From Mobula hypostoma (taxonomy: Eukaryota), in the NCBI RefSeq assembly GCF_963921235.1, contig NC_086107.1:103168001-103232000 (forward strand): a stretch of DNA of 64,000 nucleotides, given 5' to 3'. A program made the translations under genes and the position numbers. Below are positions 1-13,700 of the stretch, in pieces. How positions within the stretch are numbered: position 1 is the stretch's first letter; the number at the start of each line of letters is the position of its first letter. The notes beneath the pieces are model-generated. The model saw only the letters and a program-made list of their open reading frames with translations, did no database searches and was not told where the DNA came from.

Positions 1-849
1 TAATGTCCACTCTACTTATGTCTTTTCAAAGTTCAAAAAAGTACATTTATTATCAAAGTATGAATGTTATACAGCCTTGAGATTCATCTCCTAACAGGCA
101 GCCACGAAACACAGAAGAACCCAGCACCCAATGTACAGAGAGAAAAAAAAATTGTGCAAACAATAACCGGAAGCAAATTGCATTCTGGGCTGAAGCCCAC
201 AAAGAGAGTTTGAGACCCGTAGTTCAGCACAGAGCAGAGTAAACGTCACTGAACCAGCCCGTACCTCACTTCGGGCCCTGACACCCTGATCTTTTTAATC
301 TGGTCCGGCACCTAAATCGATGACCAAACATCAGGTTCAATTGCCTCAGTACACTCTGGGGCCTGGACCCGACCTTATCATCTTATACGCCTCTAATAAC
401 TCACCTCTTGTCCTCCTTCATGCCAAAGAGAGAAGCCCTAGCTCACTCAACCTTTCCTCGTAAGACACCATCTCTAATCCAGGCAGAATCCTGGTAAATC
501 TCCTCTGCGCTCTCTATAAAGCTTCCAAGTCCTTTCTCTAACGAGGCCACCAAAATCCAAGTATGGTCCAACCAGTTTTATAGAGCCGCAGCGTTACTTC
601 TAACAGACCTTACAGAGCTTTTTTCTGAGATTACCAGGAAAGTTGCTGAAGGAAGGGTAGTGGATGTTGTTCACATGGACATTAGCAAGGGCTTTGGCAA
701 AGTCCAGCATGAGAGGGTGGTCAAGAAGGTTCAGTCATTGGCATTCAGGACGAGGTACTGTAGTAAATTAGATTTGACGATGGCTTTGTGGGAGAAACCA
801 GAGCGGTGGTAGATGGTTGCCTCTCTGATTGGAGGCCTGTGACCTTCTG

Positions 850-1325
850 AGCCTAATAAAGTGGCCACTGAGTGTATGTTTGTGGTCTTCTGCTTCTGTA
901 GCCCGTCCACTTCAAGGTTCAACATGCTGTGCATTCAGAGATGCTCTCCTGCACACCATCTGGGTTATTTGAATTACTGTCAGCTTGAACCTGTCTGACC
1001 ATTCTTCTATCAACTCTCTAATCAACAAGGCATTTTCGCCCACAGAATGGTTTTTGTTTCTCTGTAAACTCACTGTGGTGTGTGAAAATCCCAGATCAGC
1101 TGTTCCTGAGATACTCAAACTACCCCATCTGACACCAACGATCATTCCCCGGTCAAAGTCACTTGATCACATTTCTTCCCCATTCTAATGTTTAGTCTGA
1201 ACAGCAACTGAACCTCTTGACCATGTCTGCATGCTTTTCTGCATTGAGTTGCTGCCACGATTGGCTGATTAGATATTTGCCTAACGAGGTGTACAGGTGT
1301 AACAAATAAAGTGGCCGCTGAGTGA
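850..1325 (-). mobile_element. Non-autonomous Tc1-derived element
   Basis: Terminal and internal repeat taataaagtggccactgagtg; same family as 42190-42720 and 57121-58205. Confidence 0.75.
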
Positions 1326-1857
1326 ATATCAACAATCTGGATGATATTATGGTAACTGAATCAGTAAATTTGTGAAATTCGCCAATATTAGGAGCATAGC
1401 GGACAGTAAGGAAGGTTATCAAAGGTTTCTCCATGACCTAGACAAGCTGAAAAAGTGGGATGTAAAAATGGCAGGTGGAATTTAATGCAGACAAGTGCGA
1501 GGTGTTGCACTTTAGGATCATAGAGCGATAGAGCAGGCCAGGTGTGGATTTGGGATGCTATGTCGAAGTTGTACAAGATATCGGTGACACCATATCTGGA
1601 GTACTGTGTGCACAGTTCCGGTCACCTGCTTTCTGGAAAGATATCACTAAGATTGGAAGAGTACAGATAGAATTTACACAGATAATGGTGGGACTGGAGG
1701 ACCTGGGTTACAGGTAGCTGTTTATTAGGTTCGGACTTTATTCCCTGAATGTGTGGAGAATTGATAGAGGTATCCAAAATTATGGAAGTATACTGTAGAT
1801 AGGGTTAATGCAAGCTGGCTTTTTCCCAACTGAGGTTGACAAACTAGAATTGGAGGT
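1326..1857 (+). mobile_element. Decayed CR1 RT fragment (continues after 2330)
   Basis: WQVEFNADKCEVLHF-like and HLEYC-like remnants. Confidence 0.7.
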
Positions 1858-2330
1858 GCAAACACGAGGAAATCTGCAGATGCTGGAATTTCAAGCAACA
1901 CACATAAAAGTTGCTGGTGAACGCAGCAGGCCAGGCAGCATCTCTAGGAAGAGGTACAGTTGACGTTTCAGGCCGAGACCCTTCATCAGGACTAACTGAA
2001 AGAAGAGCTAGTAAGAGATATGAAAGTGGGAGGAGGAGGGGGAGATCCAAAATGATAGGAGAAGACAGGAGGGGGAGGGATGGAGCCAAGAGCTGGACAG
2101 GTGATTGGCAAAAGGGATATGAGAGGATCATGGGACGGGAGGCCTAGGGAGAAAGAAGGGAGGGGGGAAGCCCAGAGGATGGGCAATAACGGATGGGGTA
2201 CGAGGAGGAGGTGGGGCATTAATGAAAGTTTGAGAAGTCAATGTTCATGCCATCAGGTTGGAGGCTACCCAGACGGAATATAAGGTGTTGTTCCTCCAAC
2301 CTGAGTGTGGCTTCATCTTTACAGTAGAGG
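1858..2330 (-). mobile_element. Penelope-like family A 3' fragment with hammerhead motif (1958-1993), inserted in a CR1 fragment
   Basis: Near-identical to the reverse complement of 43510-44056; includes the end of the endonuclease ORF, purine-rich UTR and tail. Confidence 0.85.
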
Positions 2331-3889
2331 ATTAGAGGTCATAGGTTAAGGGTAAAAGGTGAAAGATTTAAGGGCAATCATGGGGTTGGATTGCCTCATG
2401 GAGAACCACCAAACATTTTGGGCCTATGCTCACTAAAGTACAGGAAAAAGAGAGGTGATGTTATTGGAACACAAGATCTTTAGACAGATTGCTGCTGGGA
2501 TGATACAGCAGAATAGGGAGGAGTCTATTTAAGACCGAGATATCAAATAGTTTCTTCACTCAAAAGGTTGCGAGTGTTTGTCCCAGAAAGTTGAATCACT
2601 AAATTTATTCAAAAATGATACAGATTATTAATCAGTAAGGGAATTAAGGGTTATGGAAAGAGGGTGAAGGAATGAGCTGAGGGAAGTTGGATCAGTGATG
2701 ATCTTACTGAATGGGGGAGCAAGCTGGAGATGAATGGCCTACACCTCTTCCTATTTAATATGGTCTCAGATCTTCCCTTTACCACTTGGAAGGCAGCAGG
2801 ATGGAGACACTCGGCACAACAGATTTGTAGTTCCCATCTAAACATTTTGTCTGGACATACACAACTCCTGGCACAGCTAACTTCTCTTCTCCATCTCCAG
2901 CTGCCCTGCTGAATGACAACCGCCTTCTAGAATGTGCTCAAGGTACTCCCACTATTCTGGGAGACACGGAGTTCCAGGACTATCAACCAGCAACCATGTA
3001 GTTTGCAGGAATTTATAACAAGAATAAAGCTAAAAGGAAGTTTTGTGTTGTTGATACGGGTGGGCAGGGTTCTTCCACCCGCCCCCTCTGCAGTGGACTG
3101 GGGTGGGAGGGGTTAGATTGAAAAGGGGACCAGAGGCAGCTTTTGCTTCAGAGGATGGTGTGCACCTGGAACAGAGTGTGAAAATTACCTTAATGTGCAG
3201 GGTACGCACAATACAAGAATTGTTCGTTCTTTGTAACTGTTACCACAGCAACCTCCTTACTGGGCGCAAAGTCTGTCCAAACGCAAAATAGAAAGGACAG
3301 AAGGAACACAGAAACTGTCAAACCCTTGTACCTGGCTCAGGCCTGGGTTGAAAGACATACGTTTATCAAAGTGTATATAGTTGTTCATATTTTCCAGCAT
3401 ACGGGTGCTCCACGTTATGAATTTGAAGATGACATTGAACAGGAAAAGGTGCAAAGAGGATGTTACCGGGACTGTAGGGTTTGAGTTATAAGAGGGTGGA
3501 TAGGTCAGGAGTCCCCACCCCCCACCCCCGGTGTACAGGGGGTGAGCTGACGCAGGGGGCATAGATGAGGTGAGTAGCCACAATCTGTTTCCCATGGTAG
3601 GGAGTCCAGAACTGTAAGTTTAAAGTGAGAGGGATTAGATTTAAAAGGGGGCCAGAGGCAGCTTTTTCTACAGAGGGTGCTGCGCATGTGGAAAGAGTTT
3701 CCTGAGGAAGTGATGGAGGTGAGTACAATCACAATATTTAAAGGACATTCGATCTGGTGAATGGACAGAAAAGGCTGTCAAACACAGGCAAATGGGAACA
3801 GATCAATTTGGCAACTGGGTCAGTATGGAAGTGTTGCACAGAGGGGTCTGCTTTCATGCCCTATGACTCTATAAATGGAAACATCACAG

Positions 3890-4198
3890 GGGATGATTGT
3901 CTTACACAGAAAGTGGTCGTCGTCTTGCACCTGGAATACATGCACAGGTTTCTCTCCTCTTGAAGACATGAGGTAAACTGCACGAGGAAAGGCCAAGGCT
4001 GGCTGGTCCTCTTCCAGAAATGTCATCGGATTGTTCATCGATAAAGCCACAGGTTAGTCTGGCCAATAGAGTAATGCAAACCGCAGCCGGGGCTGCAGTC
4101 CTGCCCTGGCTTATGGCAGGCAAGGCCACCCGCTGGGCTCGAACTCACCACCTTCTGATTCACAAGCAACAGTAGTCCATGTCCGGCCAGCCAGGCGC
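3890..4198 (-). other. Degenerate tRNA-headed, hairpin-rich element (old SINE or Pol III-like unit)
   Basis: A-box-like TGGCCGGACATGG (4189-4177), B box GAGTTCGAGCC (4146-4136), several downstream stem-loops. Confidence 0.4.
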
Positions 4199-4325
4199 TT
4201 TAAGGAGGAGGCAAAGAGACTCTGGATCAGAGGTTGCATCTGGTTCACGGGCTCAGCTCATTTTCTCAACAGCGATGGGAATCACAGCTTAAACAAACGA
4301 GAACTAAATTCACTGATCAAACATC

Positions 4326-4461
4326 TTTAATTTATCACACAAGCAGCCTAATTAGTCAGGAGGGCAGCAGCAGGATTCTGCACAGTGGGAAGTGGTCAAG
4401 ACTACCCAGGTGTTCCACGTGGAGGTCCTTCATCTTCCTCTGGACACACTCCACCTTTATT
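4326..4461 (-). terminator. Candidate POLR3H polyadenylation signals (AATAAA 4461-4456; ATTAAA 4331-4326)
   Basis: Hexamers about 200 and 330 nt downstream of the stop; the second is followed by a T/GT-rich tract. Usage unknown. Confidence 0.45.
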
Positions 4462-4658
4462 TGCTCATCTCAGAAACCTCGGATTCTAGTCCAGCTGGAT
4501 CGTGCTCACTGGACGCTTCTCGCTCTAATTAAATGCCCAGCATCTGTCCACTTCTCAGAAAATAAGATCCCTGAGGAACTGGCTGGAAGACGGGAAGTTC
4601 CAGCTCCGGGCAGATGGTCATTGTGCTGCATTTGAATCAATGGGATCCGGTCGGCTCG

Positions 4659-4712
4659 TTAACCATTCGTCCACCAGGACAGGAGTCCCAGGCCAGGCTC
4701 ACTGATGGACCC
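4659..4712 (-). CDS. POLR3H: POLR3H last coding exon ([17 protein letters not shown])
   Basis: tttgcAG acceptor, conserved C-terminal GLGLLSWW motif, TAA at 4661-4659. Confidence 0.95.
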   Translation of the reverse strand, partial: GSISEPGLGLLSWWTNG

Positions 4713-7700
4713 CTGCAAACAATTTGAAAGCACAGGCTGAAATAATGCAGGGGGTTACATGAGCACTTTCCCACCTACCCCTGTTTACTCATAACACATA
4801 CAAAGGCAGGGAGAGTAAAAGAAACAAATAGAAGCCTAAAATATACAGGGAAAATTTTCACAGCAGTGGAATGCAGTATGATCTTGCTCTAATACATTCC
4901 CCATGAGATACAAAATAATGTTCAGATTCTTCTCTACTAAAATATCATGTAGTCCTCTACTGACCTTCAGACATGACTCACTCGGAGATGGGTGTGGTTT
5001 ACAATTCCCTTCGTGCTCCAGGAACAACAGTTAATGGCCACACGCAACTCTCCTTTTAATTCTCTTGTCAATAAGTGTAGAAACAGAGCAGGACAAGACC
5101 CAACACTGATCACTTCTCCTCTCGGTGAAATGGGTGGCAGTAGTTCAATCTCAGAGAGGGAGAGCACCATCGATCGACTCAACTTGGTTTAATTTTTGGG
5201 ATTCACAGGGGAAATGCGGCACTGTCAGCTTTTAGGTAAAATGTCAAATGGAGACCCAGACTGGTCTCCCAGCTACATACAAAAGATCACCACTGCAGCG
5301 TTTTGAAGAAAAGCAAAACTATGGTGTTTGGCCAAAATTCACTGCTTTACATAACGTCACTAAAAATATGACCTTGTGTGGGATTTTTCCATGTACAGAA
5401 ATGCTCCCAAACTTCTTACAAAAGTGAGGTTAGCTTTATTTGTCACATGTACATCGAAACATAGGGTGAAATATGCCGTTTTGCAGCGACCAATGCAATC
5501 CAAGGTTTGTGCTGGGGAGAGCCACCACACACGTCAGGTGCCAACGTAGCAAGCCCACAGCTTACTAATCCTAACTGAATGTCTTTGGAATGTGGGAGGA
5601 AACCAGGACACTCGGAGGAAACCCACACAGTCACAGGGCCAACATACAAACTTCTCACAGACAGCAGCAGGAATCGAACGCCCGTCAGTAATCACTGGCA
5701 CTGTAAAACTATTGTGCTAAGTACTATACTATCTTGCTGTCCAAACTTTTAAAAAGCACTCAATTGCCTGCCAGCTATATTAATGCAAGTCTTTCTCATC
5801 CACCAAGGGAAGAGGTGGATGTACTGAGAGGGAACAGCTTAGTCATACCGTCAGTGTGTAGGGAGATTCCTTCCTCTGTGTTTCTTCTGCTGTGGAGGTC
5901 GAAGTATCCGCTCTACTGGGCCCAGTGGGGGAGGTGTCCACAAAAGTTTCATCCACCACTCTCAGTCGGATCTCCTCGCCGACATCCATGTACAGGTCGT
6001 GAGTACCCTCATCGGTCTCGTACTCCCACACCCACACCTGCTCAGTCTCATCGCTGCCAGACCAGTCAGGGAAATAACAAGCAGGATCAGGATAAGCTTC
6101 AGTTTCTGTGGACAACTTGCGCTACCTGGCAGTACCGATGCCTCATTGTAGGACCTGGTTGTAGCAACCATTTCCAGTACACGTCTAGCAGTATGGAAAT
6201 CAGTATGAGAACTTCCAGACAGCATCGTGCTCAGCTTGACTGAAGCTTATCATGCATCATTGCTCAGGTTTTGCCGACAAAAATTGCAGCAGTATCATGT
6301 AATCCAAACCTTCATTTATAATTCTCAGTAAAACAAGGAACAAATCCCACATCAAGTTGGCCAGATGTATATTAAAGGCCTTTGATGGTATAGAGCTTTA
6401 TTAGGGTGGAAGTTCATAGCTTCCTGGGAGTGACAACACAAGTGGGGAAGGTATAAAGAAGATATATGACATGTTTCCCTTCATTAGTCAGAGCATTGAG
6501 TATAAACATTTAAAACTTTAGTCTAGCCATATTCGGAGCACTGTGCACAGCTCTGGTCAGCAAACTATAGGAAAGGTGTGACTGCAGAAGTTCGCCAGGA
6601 TGCTGCCTGGATTGGAGAAGGAGAAGTTGGGCAAACTTAGGATTGTTTTCTCTGAAGCATCAAAGGCCGTCAGGGTGCCCTGGTAAACAATTACGAGAGC
6701 CATAGAGTCTTTTTTCACAGGATGGCAACCTCAAATACTATCAGGTTTAGGAGAGAAGTAGGAGATTTGCGAGATCAGTTTTTCTTTTACACAGTGCGTG
6801 GCAGGTGCCTGTGACTTGCTGTCAGGGAACATAGTAAAAGAAAGTATGATAGCAGTGTTCAAGAGGCAGTTAGACAAGCACATGAGCATGGGAGTTAGAC
6901 CGGTAGGATGGGTTTTAAATTGGTATCATAGTTGGCATGTCATGGTGGGCCAAATAGCCAGTTCCTGTGCTGTACTATTCTTTGTCCTCTCAGTATCAGG
7001 TGCTGCTGTCAGCCTGAGTTTTCAATGCTAAACACACCCATACAGAGTACAGAACGTTAGAGCACAGTTCAGGCCCTATAGCCCATGATGTTGTGTGGAT
7101 CTAGGATCAATCCAACCCCTCTCTCCTGCGTAGCCCTCCATTTTTCTATCATTCTTAAATGCCCCTGATGTATCTGCCTCTACCACCATCTCTGGCACTC
7201 ACCACTCTCTGTATAAGAAAAACTTGCCACTTACATTCGCCGTCTACATTCTTCCAATCACATTAAAATTATGCCCCTTGTCTCAGTCATTTCCACCCTA
7301 GGAAAAGGTCTCTAACTGTCCACTATCCATGCCTCTTATCTTGTACCTTGTCTCAGTCATTTCCACCCTGGGGAAAGGTCTCTGATTGTCCACCATCAAT
7401 GCCCCTTATCTTGTACTCCTCTATCAAGTCACTTCTCATCACCTTTGCTCCAAAGGGAAAAGCCCTAGCTCGCTCAACCATTTTCTTGAGACATGCCCTC
7501 TTATCCAGGCAGCATCCTGGTAGATATCCTCTGCACTCTCTCTAAAGCTTTCAGAGTAATACACACAAAATATTGCAGGAACTCAGCAGGTCAAGCAACA
7601 TCTATGGAAAGGAATAAAGGGACGACGTTTCGGACCAAGACCCTTCATCAGGGCTGGAAAGGAAGGGGGAAGAAGCTAAGGGGGAGGGAAGGATTTACAA

Positions 7701-10700
7701 GCTAGGAGGTGACAGATGAAGTCAGGTGGGTGGGGAAAGGGGGTGAAGTAAGAAACTGGGAGGTGATAAGGGCTGAAGAAGAAGGGATCTGATAGGAGAG
7801 GAGAGTGGACAATGAGAGAGAGGAAGGTGACAGGCAACGGAAGAGGCCAGAGTGGGGAATGAAGAAAGAGAGAAGGGGTGGGGGAGAAACTACTGTAAGT
7901 TAGAGAAACTAATGTACATGCCATCAGGTTGGAGGCTGCCCAAACGAAATATGGGGTGTTGCTCCTCCAACCTAAAGCTTACACATACTTCCTATATTGA
8001 GGTGACCAGAGCTGAATACAATATTCCAAGTGTGTTCTAGCTAGGGTTTTACAGAGCTGCAATGTTACCACTCTTGAACCCAATCCACTGACTTAATGAC
8101 ATTGTTTCTGGTCTCGCAGTGCTTAATGCAAATTTTCAAAACCACACACACCACAGATGCATTGCAGTCTCTGCCTGAATACATTTTGCAGTGCCCCAGA
8201 GACATTCACCAGATAGGACTCCATCGGTTGATTGCCGGAGGTGGGAGGAGGGCTGGTGGGTGACCACATACACACTGAAGCACTCCTTCACCCTCATCTC
8301 CACGGGCAGCATTTTATATCACTGCATTCAGGCTCCCATGGACAGGCATAAAGGCTGCAATCCACTTCCTGTGATTCACAGCACATGATAAAGGTGAAAT
8401 CCAGCTTCTACAGCTATCAAATTCTAAAGCACAGAAGCAGAACAGCCCAAACAATTCTCAGCCTCCTCCAATCCAGCATTATCACAACTTTTCAACATCA
8501 AGAATTCCATTCTCTCTACTTGTCTATGAAGGTTCTCAATCACCAAGGTCATTGTATATCAAGCAGTAGTAAATCAAGGCAACTGGACTTGCTGTCTTGC
8601 TGACCCGCATCTCCTCCATTTCCCGCACTTCGGCCCTCACCCCATCCTCCCGCAACCACAACAGGGACAGAGTTCCCCTTGTCCTTACCTACCACCCCAC
8701 CAGCCTCCGGATCCAGCACGTTATCCTCCGCAACTTCCGCCACCTTCAAAAGGACCCCACCACGAAGCACATCTTTCCCTCTCCACCCCTCTCCGCTTTC
8801 CGCAGGGATCCTAACCTCCGCGACTCCCTGGTCCACACATCCCTCTCCACGGATCTCCCACCCGGCACTTATCCCTGTAAGCGTAAGTGCTACACCTGTC
8901 CCTACACCTCCTCTCTTGCAACCATTCAGGGCCCCAAACAGTCCTTCCAGGTGAGGCAACACTTCACTTGTGAGTCTGTTGGGGTCATCTATTGCATCCG
9001 GTGCTCCCGGTGCGGCCTCCTCTACATCGGTGAAACCCGACGCAGATTGGGGGACCGCTTCGGCGAGCACCTCCACTCCATCCGCCACAACAGACAGGAT
9101 CTCCCGGTAGCCACCCACTTCAACTCTGCTTCCCATTCCCATTCAGATATGTCCATACATGGCCTCCTCTACTGCCATGAAGAGGCTAAACTCAAGTTGG
9201 AGCAGCAACACCTCATATACCGTCTAGGTAGTCTCCAGCCCCTTGGTATGAACATAGGATTCTCCAACTTCCGGTAATTCCCTCCCCCTCCCTTCCTCTA
9301 TCCCTATTTCACTCTGACCCCTCTCCCAGCTCCCTTATGGTTCCGCCTCCTTCTTCTACTACCCATTGTTTTCAGGGCTATGATGTCATTGCTTCCCCTC
9401 CCCCACCCCTGTGTCTTTCAAATTACTGGTCTTTCAACTGATGCTACAAGCATTCTTCAAATCCTTCCCCATCTTTCATTCTTCAGTCCTGACAAAGGGT
9501 TCCGGCCCGAAACATCAACTCATCGTTTCTGATGCTGCCCGACCTGCTGAGTTCATCCAGTGTACTGAAAGTGTTGCTTTGATCACAGCATCTGCAGATT
9601 ATTTTATGTTTTGGACTTGCTGTGTTGTCTTGAAGACGTTTCGCCACTCATCCGAGAGGCTTCTTCCCACAGTCATCCCATATGTAACTGGAATTTCAGT
9701 GAAACGCAGGAGAATTTTCAACAAACATCAAATCCCCGTGTTTTTCAAAGCTACAAACATACTCAGACAGAAACTCGTCCACCCCAAGGATCCTACACCC
9801 AAACATAAGCAAGGCAATACTGTATATGCTATCCAATGCAATGAGAACTGCATAGATCTACATATTGGCCAGACAAAACAATCACATCACAAACGGATGG
9901 CCCAACATTGGAGGCTAACACCTCAGGTCAAGACTCACCGAGGGGGTTTGGCATGACACCACCTATCAGCTACTTACAGTGCAGTCCAAACATCTCTACC
10001 CCAGCATCTCCACAACAGTTCACTCATCCATTCACATAGATAAGACTAATAACCCTCTCATTACCTCTACGACTCTTAACGAACTTCATGTGATTGCTTT
10101 ACCTTTAAACAACTCACAAAGTTTACAAGCCGGCAAACTACCCACCATGGATCAGAACTGAAGGAGCCTCTCGGATGAGTGGCGAAACGAATTCTAGACA
10201 ACACAGCAAGTCCAGTTGCCTTGATTTACTACTGCTTGACATTCTCCGTATTATGATCTACCTTATTAAAGTCCTGAAAAGCACATACCACCAGGCTCAA
10301 GGACAGCTTCTATCCTGTTGTTATTACTGAACAATCCTCTTGTATGACAAGATGGACTCTTGTTCTCTACCATGTCACAACCTGGCCCACTGCACTTTCT
10401 GTAACACTGCATTCTATATTCTGCATTCTTTTATTGCTTATCTTTCGTACTAACTCGATGGATTGATATGATGAAAGTATCTTATATAATGTTAAGGGCC
10501 GCAATGGGGATGAATTTATGAAACGTGTCCATGAAAGTTCCCTGAGTCACTACATAGACAAGACTTCCTCTTGGAGAATGACAGGGAAGTAACTGTAGTG
10601 GAAGTCAGAGAGCACTTCGGCTCTGGTGACCATAGTTCTATTTCTTTAAGATGGGATACGACAGGTCCACATCCTACACTGGAGCAGGGCTAATTTTGTG

Positions 10701-13700
10701 GTAACTAGGCAGGATCTAGCAGAGGTTGATTGGTAGAGTCTGTTCGAAGGGAAAAGAACAAATAGTAAGTGGGAAACTTTTAAAAGTGTGATATCAAGAG
10801 CCCAGCATGTTCCTGTTAGGGTGAAGGGACAACCTGGCAGGTTTAGGAAACCTTGGTTAATGAGATATACTGAGGCTCTCATCAAGAAGAAAGCATATAC
10901 TGGGTTTAGGAGTTCGGGAATGAGTGAATCCCTTGATTATGAAAAAGATTATTAATACACTGAAAAGGGAAATCAAGAGAGTGCAGAAAGGAGATGAGGT
11001 GGATCCAGCAGGCAAGGTTAAGGAAAATCCAAAGAAGTTCTACAGATGTATTAAAAGGGTGGCTACAGAGAATAGGTCCCTTTAGCAGAACCACCTATGT
11101 CTCAAGACATGGGAAATGGGTGGGATTTTTAAAGACTATTTCTCCTCAGTGTTTACTGAGCACAAAGACATAGTTGCTCAAGAGATAGTGGAAACAAATG
11201 AAGATGAGTGAGTAGGAGGCTTCTGCAGCCTTACTGTGCATTAAGGTGGATAATTTCCAGGGCACGACTGAGAGCATCTTTTGCCTTTGTGGGAAGCCAG
11301 AGAAGAAATTGCAAAAGCCTTGCGGAGATGTTTGCTTCTCCACACAATATTTCTCTATGACTCTACAAAAACAAAGTTCTTTTCCTGTAACTCGGTATAT
11401 AAAACAATAATAAACACGTTACCAATTACCCTTAAATATAACACCTTGGGTTTGCAAAGTAACACTTTTATGCCCCCCTTGGTAGAATCTCTCCAGAATT
11501 CCCTATTGGATTTAGTAATTTCATTAAAATTATGGACGTATCCTTGGTCTTTAAATGGTTCCATCCAGGTGCTGGAAGGAATAAGGCAGGAGTTCAAACA
11601 TACAGCCCATACATTATGAGGCTGAGGTGACCAGATCTTTGCATCCCATTCTCAGGGAAAGGACCATCAGTGAAGGATACAACTTGGCTGGTTGTTGCAG
11701 AGATTCAGGAGGGATCAGGATGTCATCGAAAAATCCCAGGGTCACTGTGAGGAAGAAGAAGGGCTGTGCGTTAGTGGATTAAAGTCCATCCTATTCCCCA
11801 GAGCATATGGATTCACAACCAGCCCAAACCACTTACAAACTTCAAACTGGTCCCCATTCAAGAGTAAAAGGAAGGGGATAGTTTTCATGAACTTGAATTG
11901 ACATTACAAAAAAATTAACACAATTGGAGGATCAAAAGATACAAGATGGCGCCGGTGAACCATGGCGACATTCTGTGGGCTGCTTACAAAACTTCTAAAT
12001 ATACCTCTTTTGAATCACTCTCACTGCAATCTGCAGACTGTAATTTCCCTTTGAGCAATGTACTTTCAACTGTCTTAATGAACTACAGATTCCACAATCT
12101 ACTGAAGGATCGGCAGACTTAACTCTCAAGCATACTAGTACAACATCTTTAAGCAGAAGAAGGTTCATCGCCATGGCAGGAAGCAAGGCAGGGGGAGGAG
12201 GTCTCCAAGCCAGGCTGAAATGCAGAGGGATGAGATTCCCCCTTCTCTACCCAGCACCTCATTAGCAAATGTGCAGTCGCTGGAGACCAAGATTGCGGAC
12301 ATAAGGGCAAGATTGCTATATTGGAGGGAAATGAGAAATTGCTGTGTTCTGTTTTTCACAGAGACATGGCTCATTCTGGACACTCGTGCTGCATCGGTAT
12401 GACCAGAAGGCTCCTCAATACACAGGATGGACTAAATTGCTGATTTGGAGAAGGCAAAAGGTGGAGGGGGAGAGGTTTCATGATAAACTCTCTGTGGTAC
12501 ACCAATATGATAGTTTTGTTGTATTCTTGGTCCCCTGACCTGGAACATCTAATGATTAAGTGCCAACCATTCTACTTACCAAGAGAATTCTCCTCCGTGA
12601 TACTGATCACAGTTTACATACCGCCAAAAGCCAACATTAATTGGGCACTCAAGATTCCGTATGCTGCCTGTTCAAGAAACAGTCCACCCCGACAGATCTC
12701 AAATCACAGTCAGGAACTTCAATCAGGCTTGTTTGAAGAAATCTCTGCCCCATTACCATCAGCATATAACCTGCAGCACCAGGGGTCCCAACACACTAGA
12801 CCAGTGCCATACTGCGATAAGGAATGCTTACCGTTCCATGCCTAGACCACATTTTGGGAAATCTAACCACTTGGCTGTCCTTCTACCTGCATACAGGCAG
12901 AGGCTAAAGGGCAAGGCTCCTGAGATAACGACAACAAAATGGTGGTCACAGGAGGCAGAGCAGCGGCTACAGGATTGCTTCGAGTTGGTGGACTGGGCCC
13001 TGTTCGAGTACTCATCAGAAATTCTGAATGAATACACCAGGCTTGTCATGGACTTAATAAGAATATTCGTAGATGAGTGTGTCCCCACAAAATCATTGAG
13101 TCTCGGAAGCCGGCGTGAGCACATCCTTCAGGAGAGTGTACTACAGAGCTGTGTGAGCTAACTGCAGATCAATTCCACGCTCCAACTCCTTTGTATATTT
13201 TTCCACATCTGAAGAGATCAGGAATTGAGGTTGGATATACCCACCGACAGGGCCAACCTCCAAACCTACCAGCATCTGAACGTCCAAACTGCATTAATTC
13301 ACATTGGCCAGCATCAAAGTTCATCTGCCATCCCTTCATCCAACTCCCCAGCTGATCCAAGTCCCCCTTGTATCCTCCATTAACCTTCTTCTCTAACTTC
13401 ATCTCCACTCCCTAACATAACCATTAACCCTCTCAAGAAAATCTATCACAATTTTGAAATCATTCTTCTTTACTCCAACTTTGATGAAAGAAGGTTATAG
13501 ATTCCCACTACCCTTTGTGGGAAGGGATGATTCCTATCAACACCCTTGAATAAACCAGGGGTCCAATTTCTTGGTTTGAGAACGCCACCAGATCGAGTCG
13601 CTTCAACACACACAAAATGCTGGAGGAACTCAGCAGGCCAGGGAGCATCTATGGGAAAAGAGTATAGTCGATGTTTTGGGCCGAGACCCTTTATCAAGAC

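Larger units (their letters stand above)
6054..11680 (-). other. U12-type (minor spliceosome) GT-AG intron of POLR3H
   Basis: 5' splice site GTATCCTTCA; branch-site-like TTTCCCTGAC at 6074-6065 close to the AG; no polypyrimidine tract. Confidence 0.88.

Noticed and set aside
4120-4198. Functional tRNA-His(GTG) gene
   Set aside because: Acceptor, anticodon and T stems have several mismatches; kept only as a tRNA-like head.
1-4600. ACO2 terminal exons (tail-to-tail neighbour of POLR3H in human)
   Set aside because: No ACO2-like peptide recognised. The region is mostly repeats.
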